A stretch of DNA of 32,000 nt, from assembly GCF_001545095.1 (NCBI RefSeq), contig NZ_CP013213.1, forward strand, positions 1,620,001-1,652,000. The letters are read 5' to 3'. Below, in pieces: positions 16,378 through 25,942 of this stretch. The position numbers and the translations under genes are program-made. Each line of letters opens with the position of its first letter. The first letter of the stretch is position 1. This DNA is from Erysipelothrix larvae (GTDB lineage Bacteria; Bacillota_I; Bacilli_A; Erysipelotrichales; Erysipelotrichaceae). Below the pieces are notes generated by a model, which saw nothing but the letters and a program-made list of their open reading frames with translations, had not been told where the DNA came from and searched no databases.

Positions 16378-16872
16378 ATGAAGCTATATATAAAGCAAAA
16401 GGTGTTTACAATTGCGGAAAAATTTGAAGTGAAAAACGAGTTTGGAGAAACTGTTTTTTACTGTGAGGGAAGTTTCTTTAGAATTCCAAAAAAATTTACA
16501 ATCTATGATAAGAACCATGAGATTGTTGGGGAAGTTGAAAAGGTTATGTTAACCTTGATGCCACGGTATGTGATTAGAGATAGTCGTCGTGAAGTAACCC
16601 TTAGAAAGCAATTTACGTTTTTGTTTAGCGCGTACATTCTTGACAATATTGACTGGAAACTTGAAGGAAACTTCACTGCACATAAGTATCGGCTTTTGTA
16701 TGGGAATACCATCATCATGTCGATTGATAAACATTGGTTCACTTGGGGTGATAGTTATGAGCTGGATATTCGAGATGAAGACGATGCAATCTTAGCGTTA
16801 GGGATTGTTTTGGCGATTGACCGGATTCTATCCGATGATCATAACACAGCAAATTCTAATGTAAGTAATTAA
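16378..16872 (+). CDS. YxjI / LURP-one-related (tubby C-terminal-like) family protein
   Basis: MKLYIKQKVFTIAEKFEVKNEFGETVFYCEGSFF...KKFTIYDKNHEIVGEV matches the YxjI-type pattern as I recall it. I prefer ATG 16378 (6 nt after GGAG) over the track's TTG at 16375. Confidence 0.7.
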   Translation: MKLYIKQKVFTIAEKFEVKNEFGETVFYCEGSFFRIPKKFTIYDKNHEIVGEVEKVMLTLMPRYVIRDSRREVTLRKQFTFLFSAYILDNIDWKLEGNFTAHKYRLLYGNTIIMSIDKHWFTWGDSYELDIRDEDDAILALGIVLAIDRILSDDHNTANSNVSN

Positions 16873-16940
16873 TCCATTGATTTTATGAGTCGTTCAATCC
16901 ATCCTGTGATATTATTTCTTCACTTGGGAACATCAAAAAT

Positions 16941-17012
16941 TTAAAAATAAAAGGCACCACCTTTGTGAACAGTTTGATAATGCTGTCCATTCAAAGTGGT
17001 GCCACTTTTTAT
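16941..17012. terminator. Bidirectional terminator between the convergent yxjI-like and GH1 genes
   Basis: GGCACCACCTTTG (16953-16965) pairs with CAAAGTGGTGCC (16992-17003) with one bulge. AAAAATAAAA lies 5' of the stem and CTTTTT lies 3' of it. Confidence 0.55.
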
Positions 17013-17035
17013 AAATTCATTTATTTTTAATTCGG

Positions 17036-18532
<1,497 letters not shown>

Positions 18533-18801
18533 TTAAATCATCATGACCAATCCAATTAATGTTGTTACTACTTAATTATCATATCTCAAAGTTTGAACAC
18601 TTTACACTCTATTTTAATATCTTGGTTTAAAGTTTAGATAAAACAATCAATTCATACACTTTCATCAATATTTTGTTTCATAAAAACCAACGTCTACACT
18701 GATCATCCTTTCTAGATTAAATCCTCCTAAATAGAATCTATTGATATAGATTCACCCAAAATCATATTTGTGATTTTTACCTGATATTACGTCTAAATGG
18801 G

Positions 18802-18833
18802 TTGTACTTTTGGTAATGTTTTGGTATTATAAT
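18802..18833 (+). promoter_or_regulatory. Candidate sigmaA promoter of the tRNA-Arg gene
   Basis: TTGTAC (18802-18807), a 17-nt spacer, then TATTAT (18825-18830), which overlaps TATAAT (18828-18833). The element ends about 10 nt before the tRNA 5' end. Confidence 0.4.
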
Positions 18834-18842
18834 TAAGCAGCT

Positions 18843-18918
18843 GTCTCCGTAGCTCAGTGGATAGAGCACGCGCCTTCTAAGCGTGTGGTCAGAGGTTCGA
18901 GTCCTCTCGGGGACGCCA
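18843..18918 (+). tRNA. tRNA-Arg (anticodon UCU)
   Basis: I folded a 76-nt cloverleaf by hand. The acceptor stem is GTCTCCG/CGGGGAC, the D arm GCTC-AGTGGATA-GAGC, and the anticodon arm CGCGC-CTTCTAA-GCGTG. The T arm is AGAGG-TTCGAGT-CCTCT, the discriminator is G, and CCA is encoded. Confidence 0.9.
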
Positions 18919-18930
18919 TATATGACATTA

Positions 18931-18954
18931 ACTCACTATTTAGTGAGTTTTTTA
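18931..18954 (+). terminator. Intrinsic terminator of the tRNA gene
   Basis: ACTCACTA (18931-18938) pairs with TAGTGAGT (18941-18948), and a T6 run follows. The loop is very small (2-4 nt). Confidence 0.55.
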
Positions 18955-19315
18955 ATATCAAAAAGTCTAGTTGTAATAAAATTGTAACATTTTAAAATCA
19001 TGTGCACTCATTAAAGCGTATTCGTATCAGATGATTCAATTAATAGTGTTAATCTCTAGTTTATGTAAGATATATATAAATGCTTTTATGAATACACAAT
19101 CAGTTTCAATCATTTTATGAAATCATTCTAATTTTCTGAATAAAAAACTCTCCAGTGTTGTTTCTAAATTTTAGTTTTCAAAATTGAGAATTGTTGTAAC
19201 AATTTCATGTCCTTTATGCGATTGCAATCATATTTTTTATCAGCGCGAATTTCTGATTGGAAAATGATAATGTCTTAAGTAATGTTGACTTCTAACGATA
19301 ATTGTACAACCACCC

Positions 19316-19356
19316 ATAAAACGAAATAATCCCACTAAGTTTATAGTGGGATTATT
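19316..19356 (-). terminator. Intrinsic terminator of the adhesin gene
   Basis: A 13-bp stem, AATAATCCCACTA (19325-19337) with TAGTGGGATTATT (19344-19356), is followed on the minus strand by TCGTTTTAT. It lies about 130 nt downstream of the stop. Confidence 0.6.
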
Positions 19357-19386
19357 ACATTCTGTGCGTAGTCCAAACAATCCTTT

Positions 19387-19417
19387 CCCGGGATACTAAA
19401 ACTTCTCCTGGGTTTTT
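19387..19417 (+). terminator. Plus-strand hairpin + T5 (terminator for tRNA read-through or for an unannotated small transcript)
   Basis: CCCGGGA (19387-19393) pairs with TCCTGGG (19406-19412) with one G.U pair, followed by TTTTT (19413-19417). There is no U-tract in the minus orientation. Confidence 0.4.
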
Positions 19418-19488
19418 GACCTGCAACACAATTACTAGGGATGAATCAATTTAGCGAGATCGATTTTTTGACTTCATCCTTTATAGAA

Positions 19489-22400
19489 TCATGATTTATC
19501 TGCTTTTTCTTTCTTCTTTGAAAGATGACTGAAACTAAGCAAAATCATTCCAAATGATAAAATATAGAATCCGAATCTATCATTTTCTACACCAGTACTT
19601 GGAAGTACATCTTTATGAGGTCGATCGCCTGTATTAGGAAGGTTTGGTGTTATTGTCTCTGTTTTTCTTCTTACGTCTAGTGTGTTCACCAAATCAAATC
19701 CATCTTGACTACCTTGATAGTTATCAACAAGCACTTCTTTTACAGTATAGATTACTTCTTCTCCATTGATATATTTTGGAAGGTTACTGAAAGTATATGT
19801 CCATACATTCTTATCTTTTACCCATGTTGGTTCGATATTTGTAACAACCTGATTATTCGCAAATAAGATTAACTGAATTGAATCCGGTCTGTACCCCTCT
19901 TTATTATCATTATCCACCCATGTTTTCGTTCCACTCACTTCTGTGTAAGATGTGATTCGGGTATTGGTGATGTCATACCCTTTTTGTGTCATCACATAAC
20001 CTGCGACTGGCACTTCTTCTACAGTATACTTAATTTCTGCACCGTTTTGATATTGTGGTAGGTTCTCATAAGTATAAGACCAAAGGTTGTCACTTACTTT
20101 TGTCCATGTTGGCGTAACCCCTTGAACAACTTCATTGTTGGCTTTTAAAATAAGTTCGATCGTATTGGGTCTGAAACCTTCTCTATTATTATCATCCACC
20201 CATGTTTTCGTTCCACTCACTTCTGTGTAAGATGTGATTCGGGTATTTGTGATATCATACCCTTTTTGTGTCATCACATAACCTGCGACTGGCACTTCTT
20301 CTACAGTGTACTTAATTTCTGCACCGTTTTGATATTTCAATAAGTTTTCATATGTATATGACCAAACGTTGTCACTTACTTTTGTCCATGTTGGCGTAAC
20401 CCCTTCAACTACTTCATCATTACCTTTTAAAATGAGTTCGATCGCATCCGGTCTGAAACCTTCTTGATTGTTATCATCCACCCATGTTTTCGTTCCACTT
20501 ACTGTAACAAGTTGTTTTTCATTGAGGAAATCACCCAGATTAATTACATCCGTATTATTATAATCTTCTTCAAGAATGAAGGTTATTTTATGATCACTTA
20601 ATTGATAGCCGATTGGTGCTTTTTCTTCAACAACTTGATATGCCCCTGCATCAAGATATGTAACACGAACCATTCCATCACTACTCGAAATAAGTGCATC
20701 AGTGCCTTTACCATCATATGCATAGTATTCTATTCCGTTGACGATTGTTTTTGTAAAGCCCTCTACCTTTTCCATGTTACCTTGGCAAAGGTTATCGGAG
20801 CATTTGTAAAGTGCAAACTGAGCATCCTGAAGGGTCAATTGAGTGTTGTCTGCATCTGTTTTTCTCCACACGACTGTTCTTGGAACATTCGTAACTGTGA
20901 TGTATGATATATCATATTTTGATGTGGTGAAGCTTATTTTTTCATTTCCTGACTTCGTTTGATAAAATCCATCGGGTGATGCTTCTTCGACTAAATAATA
21001 GTTTCCGGTAGCAAGCCCATTGAGTATCAGACTTCCATCCATTCCAGTTTTAACTAATGCAAGTTGTCCTTGTGGAGAATAAACATATTTCCCACCTGAA
21101 TAATTAAATAAAATTGGCGTATTATCACTTGCTTTATATACTCTGAAATGTACGTCTTTAATATAATGTGAGGCGATTTCTTGATTTGTACCACTTTCAT
21201 ATAGTTTATTTGCTTTATAAATAACTGCATCACCGATTGTTGGTTTAGCAACAATGTACGCTTTCCAGAAGTTATCTTTTTCAGCAGAATAATCTCCGTC
21301 TTTATCGGTCCCTTTGATGATGACTGTATTTTTTACTTTCACTGCATTCAAAGTATCGATATCCTTATACTTAACAGCTGTAACTACTTTGAGTGAAAAA
21401 TTATAAACATATGGACCAATATATCGGTTTGAATCATTCTTTTCAGTGTAATAGTCTACGGACTGATTGTAAATGCTCGCCATTTCCTTCCATTCTAAAA
21501 AGGTATGACTCTCTTCGTAATCACCAGATACTACATCGCTATCATTTCGACCCATAGCTGTCCCGTATTCAACAATGCCATTAACGTATTCCTGTGATTT
21601 GATAAGACTATTGACAAACTGAACATATCCATCATATCTTAAATCCGTGTAACGAAGTCCTGTTGAACCTGGTGCACCAAAATTCATGATAACCCGTTCA
21701 CGAGTCTTTCCTTGGTTATCTGGGTCTTGTTCAGTAATTAATGCAAACGATAATGGCTGTGAACGTACTGCAAGTTCAACATCAGATACTGATTTTCCTT
21801 CACTGGTTATTTCTGTGAAATAATCAAACATGTTATATTGAAACCAGCTTTTATATTGAATAATCTTGCCATTCTCATCATGTTTGTCTGAATACAAATA
21901 GAATGGTATATCAATGAAGATCTTTTTACTTCCAGATTCACTTGTGAATGATAAATTTGAATCAAGGACTTCTTCTATTATGAGGTCTTCATACTTTGCA
22001 TCTGCATATTTTGATTCATAGTCTTTAAATTGGTTTCCAAGATGATTGTTTACATCAACATTCCAAGTTATAGTATAATCAATTGTGCTAATAGAACTTA
22101 CTGCTTTATTGTTTTTTGGTTCATCTGTTGGTTTAATCACACCTTTAATTGTCTCTGAAGAAGGTTTTAAATCAACGGTTACGTTAACAAGTGTTTCATC
22201 ACCATATGAGTACTCAACAGTTTCACCATTTGCAATCCCTGAATAGGATGCACCTCCATCAAGACCACCAGATATATTATCTTTTCCTTCAATATTTTCA
22301 TTAAATGTAATGACATATACTAACTTAGAAGTTGTATCATCGATTTTAACAACCTTCAGTTGACCAATTGCGAAGACCACATTACCATCCGTTAATTGGC

Positions 22401-22755
22401 GGATTTGTGATAAATTTTTAAACCCTGCATTTTCAACTCCCTTGACCGTTAAAATATCAAACTCGATATAATCACCTGATAAATAATTGTCGTAATTTGA
22501 ATCAATTGCAGACCATCGTAAATCAAAGTATAGATTATGCGTTCCAGAATTATAACTGAAATCATCAACGCTGATTACTCCGTTATCATTATGAACTTTT
22601 TTCCCTGCAACACTAATATTAATAGAATCAATTTTAAAATCATTTGTTACATTATTTCCTGTAATTGGTGTTTCCTCATTTTCAGCAAACACATAATTAT
22701 TACCCACGATTATCATCAACAAACATAAGAATGCAACAAGCATCTTTTTAATCAT
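19489..22755 (-). CDS. LPXTG-anchored surface adhesin (collagen-adhesin-like N-terminal region, 2 SpaA/prealbumin-like domains, 3 CnaB-type repeats)
   Basis: 1088-aa ORF with a signal peptide (MIKKMLVAFLCLLMIIVGNNYVFA/ENE). GNYYLVEEASPDGF and GAYQVVEEKAPIGY are SpaA-type motifs. Three VSGTKTWVDDNN-type repeats are present. The C-terminus is LPSTG + hydrophobic span + KKKEKADKS. SD GGGAGG lies 8 nt upstream. Confidence 0.9.
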   Translation of the reverse strand: MIKKMLVAFLCLLMIIVGNNYVFAENEETPITGNNVTNDFKIDSINISVAGKKVHNDNGVISVDDFSYNSGTHNLYFDLRWSAIDSNYDNYLSGDYIEFDILTVKGVENAGFKNLSQIRQLTDGNVVFAIGQLKVVKIDDTTSKLVYVITFNENIEGKDNISGGLDGGASYSGIANGETVEYSYGDETLVNVTVDLKPSSETIKGVIKPTDEPKNNKAVSSISTIDYTITWNVDVNNHLGNQFKDYESKYADAKYEDLIIEEVLDSNLSFTSESGSKKIFIDIPFYLYSDKHDENGKIIQYKSWFQYNMFDYFTEITSEGKSVSDVELAVRSQPLSFALITEQDPDNQGKTRERVIMNFGAPGSTGLRYTDLRYDGYVQFVNSLIKSQEYVNGIVEYGTAMGRNDSDVVSGDYEESHTFLEWKEMASIYNQSVDYYTEKNDSNRYIGPYVYNFSLKVVTAVKYKDIDTLNAVKVKNTVIIKGTDKDGDYSAEKDNFWKAYIVAKPTIGDAVIYKANKLYESGTNQEIASHYIKDVHFRVYKASDNTPILFNYSGGKYVYSPQGQLALVKTGMDGSLILNGLATGNYYLVEEASPDGFYQTKSGNEKISFTTSKYDISYITVTNVPRTVVWRKTDADNTQLTLQDAQFALYKCSDNLCQGNMEKVEGFTKTIVNGIEYYAYDGKGTDALISSSDGMVRVTYLDAGAYQVVEEKAPIGYQLSDHKITFILEEDYNNTDVINLGDFLNEKQLVTVSGTKTWVDDNNQEGFRPDAIELILKGNDEVVEGVTPTWTKVSDNVWSYTYENLLKYQNGAEIKYTVEEVPVAGYVMTQKGYDITNTRITSYTEVSGTKTWVDDNNREGFRPNTIELILKANNEVVQGVTPTWTKVSDNLWSYTYENLPQYQNGAEIKYTVEEVPVAGYVMTQKGYDITNTRITSYTEVSGTKTWVDNDNKEGYRPDSIQLILFANNQVVTNIEPTWVKDKNVWTYTFSNLPKYINGEEVIYTVKEVLVDNYQGSQDGFDLVNTLDVRRKTETITPNLPNTGDRPHKDVLPSTGVENDRFGFYILSFGMILLSFSHLSKKKEKADKS
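19681..20505 (-). repeat. Tandem coding repeat, 282-bp period: 2 near-identical copies plus 1 diverged 261-bp copy (CnaB-type domains)
   Basis: The string CCACCCATGTTTTCGTTCCACT recurs at 19914, 20196 and 20478, exactly 282 bp apart. The encoded 94-aa units (aa 751-844 and 845-938) differ at 9 positions. The third unit (aa 939-1025) is diverged. Confidence 0.9.
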
Positions 22756-23188
22756 ATAATTTCCTCCCTTGAATAACTACACATTACCAATCGATTTTTA
22801 GTTTATATTGAAAAAATCATCTTGATAATCAATGATTCAAAGAGTTCACCCACACATATTGCTTCCCCATTCTTTTATCAAATATCAGTTGTAGTTTCAA
22901 TTTAATCATAGGGATTTTATATATGATGCACAAATTTTGTCCATATCTTTACTTAATTTGGGTAAATAAATATAAGTTTTCTAAATGTCAGACTTCTAGA
23001 ATTGGTATTTATGATTATTTCTTTAAATTAACAGTGCATAATCAAAATAAAATATAAATTCGTAAAACGTCTAGTATGTATCCATTGTGGTTGAAGCATT
23101 CTTAAAAATTAAGCGCATGATGGATGAATGGATGAGACAAACTAGGAATTTCTCTTAGTAAACCCCTTTCTCAAACTATTAAGGTTTA

Positions 23189-23257
23189 CAAAAAAAAGAT
23201 GACTTCAGTTTAATGGATATCTTGTGATTAAACTAAAAAAATCATCTCTATTTTTTC
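23189..23257 (-). terminator. Intrinsic terminator of nox (compound hairpin)
   Basis: The outer stem is AGATGA (23197-23202) with TCATCT (23242-23247). The inner stem is AGTTTAAT with ATTAAACT. An A8 run on the plus strand gives a U8 run after the hairpin on the minus strand. Confidence 0.6.
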
Positions 23258-23296
23258 TTACACTGTGTATTACACGGGTAATCTAATTAACACGTT

Positions 23297-24646
23297 TTAT
23301 TGACTTGATTGAATCTTATCCAATGCTGCTTGTGCGAGCAGGTTTAGATAATTCCAAGGACGGTCAAAATGTGGTTGGAAGAAGAAGTCTACATAAGCGA
23401 GGTCTTCAACGGTCATTTTGTTTTGCACTGCAAGTGATAAGGTATTTGCGGATTGAGTGATGTCATATTTAGAAATCACTTGACCACCGACAATACGATT
23501 GGTTCCTTTTTCCCAAACAAGTTTCATCAGTACTTTTTCAGTTGTTGGCATGAATTCTGGACGGTAGTTATCTTCAAGAACAACACTGTCTACATCTAAG
23601 CCAAAGTTTGCAGCGGAAGCTACGTTTACACCTGTTGATCCAATGGTGAATCCAAAGAGGTATAGTCCTGAAGTTCCTTGAGTTCCACGGTATTTTACTT
23701 TGTTTTCTAAGATATTCTTACCCACTAAGTTACCCATACGAACCGCATTTGTTGCAAGTGGAATATAAGCATGATCACCATTTGGATTATAGTGAACTGC
23801 AACATTATCACCTGCAGCATAAATATCTTTATCTGAGGTTTGCATGTAGTCATTCACTTTGATTGCACCATTAGGGAGCGTATCTACAAGGTCTTTCGCA
23901 AGTTGAGCATTAGGTCTAAAGCCAACACATAAGATTACAAGGTCAGCTTCATATTCGCCTTGTGGTGTCACTACGGACGAAACTTTACCATCAGTGCTCT
24001 TGAATTCTTGTACGGTTTGATTTAATGCAACGGTTACACCACGACTACGTAAATCAGCTTCAAGGACATCGGTGAATTCTTGATCAAGGTATTTATTTAA
24101 AATACGATCCAATCCATCAATCAAGGTAACATCTTTTCCAGATTCACTGAATGCTTCAACAAGTTCAATCCCAATGTATCCACCACCTACAATGACAACC
24201 TTTTGAACTGCGTCTTTGCGTGCGATAATTTCTTGAGCTTGATTGTAGTTCTTACATAACAGAATGTTTTCTGTTTCAATTCCTGGAATTGGTGGAACAA
24301 TTGGCCATGATCCCGTAGTAAGGACGAGCTTATCATATGTTTCAGTATAAACTTCTTGTGTTTTTAAATCTTTAACAGTAACGGTTTTGTTGTCGTGATC
24401 AATATGTGTAACATCATGTTCCATATTCACAGTTGCTCCCAATGAAGATAATTCTTCAGGGCTTGAGTAAAATAACTCTTGGGCATTTTTCACAACACCA
24501 CCGATATAAAGTGCGATACCGCATGATAAAAATGACACATTATCATTGCGTTCAAATACAACAACTTCACTTCCTGGTGCTTCTTTTAAAATTGATTTTA
24601 CTGCAGCAGTACCAGCATGTGTACATCCAATAACTACAACTTTCAT
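23297..24646 (-). CDS. nox: NADH oxidase (FAD-dependent pyridine nucleotide-disulfide oxidoreductase, Cys-sulfenate type)
   Basis: The N-terminus MKVVVIGCTHAGT is a dinucleotide-binding motif, SFLSCGIALYIGG contains the redox-active Cys, and VVIVGGGYIGIELVEAF is a second Rossmann motif. I place the start at ATG 24646 (GGAGGA 5 nt upstream), not the track's 24658, because that ATG is part of the SD. Confidence 0.85.
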   Translation of the reverse strand: MKVVVIGCTHAGTAAVKSILKEAPGSEVVVFERNDNVSFLSCGIALYIGGVVKNAQELFYSSPEELSSLGATVNMEHDVTHIDHDNKTVTVKDLKTQEVYTETYDKLVLTTGSWPIVPPIPGIETENILLCKNYNQAQEIIARKDAVQKVVIVGGGYIGIELVEAFSESGKDVTLIDGLDRILNKYLDQEFTDVLEADLRSRGVTVALNQTVQEFKSTDGKVSSVVTPQGEYEADLVILCVGFRPNAQLAKDLVDTLPNGAIKVNDYMQTSDKDIYAAGDNVAVHYNPNGDHAYIPLATNAVRMGNLVGKNILENKVKYRGTQGTSGLYLFGFTIGSTGVNVASAANFGLDVDSVVLEDNYRPEFMPTTEKVLMKLVWEKGTNRIVGGQVISKYDITQSANTLSLAVQNKMTVEDLAYVDFFFQPHFDRPWNYLNLLAQAALDKIQSSQ

Positions 24647-24688
24647 AATATCCTCCATTGATTAAGGTTCTAATCAGCATACACCTGT

Positions 24689-24717
24689 ATATTACGCATT
24701 TTTAGTGTTTTTCGCAA
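24689..24717 (-). promoter_or_regulatory. Candidate sigmaA promoter of nox
   Basis: The minus strand reads TTGCGA (plus 24712-24717), a 17-nt spacer, then TAATAT (plus 24689-24694). Confidence 0.35.
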
Positions 24718-24737
24718 TGCAGATGACTGGATTCTCT

Positions 24738-24753
24738 TGTGACGAATTTCACA
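24738..24753. promoter_or_regulatory. Perfect TGTGA-N6-TCACA palindrome upstream of nox (Rex-type or Crp/Fnr-type operator candidate)
   Basis: The plus strand reads TGTGACGAATTTCACA. With flanks, the minus strand reads gTGTGAAATTCGTCACAa, which matches 16/18 of the Rex consensus TTGTGAAnnnnTTCACAA. Confidence 0.4.
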
Positions 24754-24916
24754 CTTATAAGATATCCTATAAAATATTATGGTGTAATAGAATTAAAATA
24801 TAGAATATGGAATTTTAGATGGTTTATCTTCATAATCATTTACTTTTTTTAAGGTAACATGTCATAGTATGCCAAAGATTCTTGATAAAAAAAGCGACAA
24901 TTTAAAAAGATTCTTA

Positions 24917-25432
24917 TCAAATCGTTCGCCGTGTTTTTTGCATGTATTCTTGGTAGTCAAAGCCAAATTGTTCAAGACACCATCGCTCTTCAGCTAGGAT
25001 TACCCAATGTCCTGAAATTTGAAAGAGAAGTGTAAGTGTGATGAGAATAATTGAGTGTGTTATCAGGCCACACCCTAGCATGACTAAAAATTGGGAGCCA
25101 TACATGGGATTTCTTGAATAAGCATAAATCCCTGTTTGATTGATTCCCTTTTTATTGGGCTTCGCAAAGGCTATTGTGGCACACAGATACAGGATAATTC
25201 CAATACTGTAAATGATGATTCCTGGGTAAAAAAACACGCTTTTCTTTAGGGACATAAACCATGCTGCGATACAAAAAAAGACAACGGAAAACTGATTCAT
25301 CAGATGTGCGAATCGTTCATTGTCTTTTGGTGGTGCGATGTGAGCTGCACGATGGATTGCGTCTTTACTGATGTGTCCCAACACACCATAACGTATTACA
25401 AATAGTGGTGCAATGAGCAATAGTCCAACCAT
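24917..25432 (-). CDS. Isoprenylcysteine carboxyl methyltransferase (ICMT)/phospholipid methyltransferase-family membrane protein
   Basis: 171-aa ORF with 4-5 hydrophobic spans. It carries the motif YAYSRNPMYGSQFLVMLG and a C-terminal EERWCLEQFGFDYQEYMQKT, typical of this family. SD AAGGGAGAA is present. Confidence 0.7.
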   Translation of the reverse strand: MVGLLLIAPLFVIRYGVLGHISKDAIHRAAHIAPPKDNERFAHLMNQFSVVFFCIAAWFMSLKKSVFFYPGIIIYSIGIILYLCATIAFAKPNKKGINQTGIYAYSRNPMYGSQFLVMLGCGLITHSIILITLTLLFQISGHWVILAEERWCLEQFGFDYQEYMQKTRRTI

Positions 25433-25471
25433 AACCCGATTCTCCCTTGTTTTTATATTTTTTAAAGGTGC

Positions 25472-25942
25472 TTAAAGGTCACTGACAAGGCAGCGGTTAA
25501 CGGTGATTTTATCATGGTCGATGAGCACTTGAGCATAGCAAGGTTTTGTGCCATCGCGATTGTATCGCATGGAACCTGGATTAATCAGGGTCACACCATT
25601 GTTTTCTTCAACATTATAGACATGAGTATGTCCGTAGCATGCAAACATACAGTGATGATTTACTGCTTTTTTGGTAAGACCTTCAATGCGATTATTGGTG
25701 TAAAATTGATGACCATGGGTAATGTAAAACTTAATGCCCTTGATTTCCGCAATCACATACTCTGGATATTGATAATAGTAATCATTGTTTCCAGTGCATG
25801 CATAATATCCACTGAGATATTGTGGGCTGAGTTCACTATCCCCACAGTGTATGAATCCATCAGCATGAGGGTGCTTGAGTTTCACAAGTTCTAAGGGCGT
25901 TGTAAGCCCGTGATTATCACTGACAATTATAACTTCAATCAT
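25472..25942 (-). CDS. YfcE/MJ0936-family metallophosphoesterase
   Basis: 156-aa ORF with the motifs VSDNHG, HCGDS, GNND, HGH and GHTH. An ATGA overlaps the murI stop (25939-25942). Confidence 0.85.
   Translation of the reverse strand: MIEVIIVSDNHGLTTPLELVKLKHPHADGFIHCGDSELSPQYLSGYYACTGNNDYYYQYPEYVIAEIKGIKFYITHGHQFYTNNRIEGLTKKAVNHHCMFACYGHTHVYNVEENNGVTLINPGSMRYNRDGTKPCYAQVLIDHDKITVNRCLVSDL

Noticed and set aside
19439-19480. Inverted repeat GGATGAA...TTCATCC immediately after the adhesin stop codon
   Set aside because: It has no U-tract in either orientation. The much stronger hairpin at 19325-19356 fits the terminator role, so this may only be a 3'-UTR structure.
22814-22840. Imperfect palindrome (AATCATCTTGAT-A-ATCAATGATT) in the adhesin promoter region; considered as a phase-variation (invertible or slippage) element
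   Set aside because: It is a single short imperfect palindrome overlapping the candidate promoter. There are no flanking long inverted repeats, no nearby recombinase and no homopolymer or short tandem repeat tract. At most it is an operator.
24874-24920. Direct repeat AAAGATTCTT (24874-24883 and 24906-24915) with the TTGATAA/TTATCAA inverted pair at the end of the ICMT-like gene
   Set aside because: The stem is 7 bp and made only of A/U pairs, with a loop of about 25 nt and no clean U-tract. It is too weak to call a terminator and has no evident function.
25514-25894. 126-aa plus-strand ORF antisense to the metallophosphoesterase gene
   Set aside because: It is fully nested in a gene that carries all five metallophosphoesterase motifs on the other strand. 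It has no SD and no recognisable family features.
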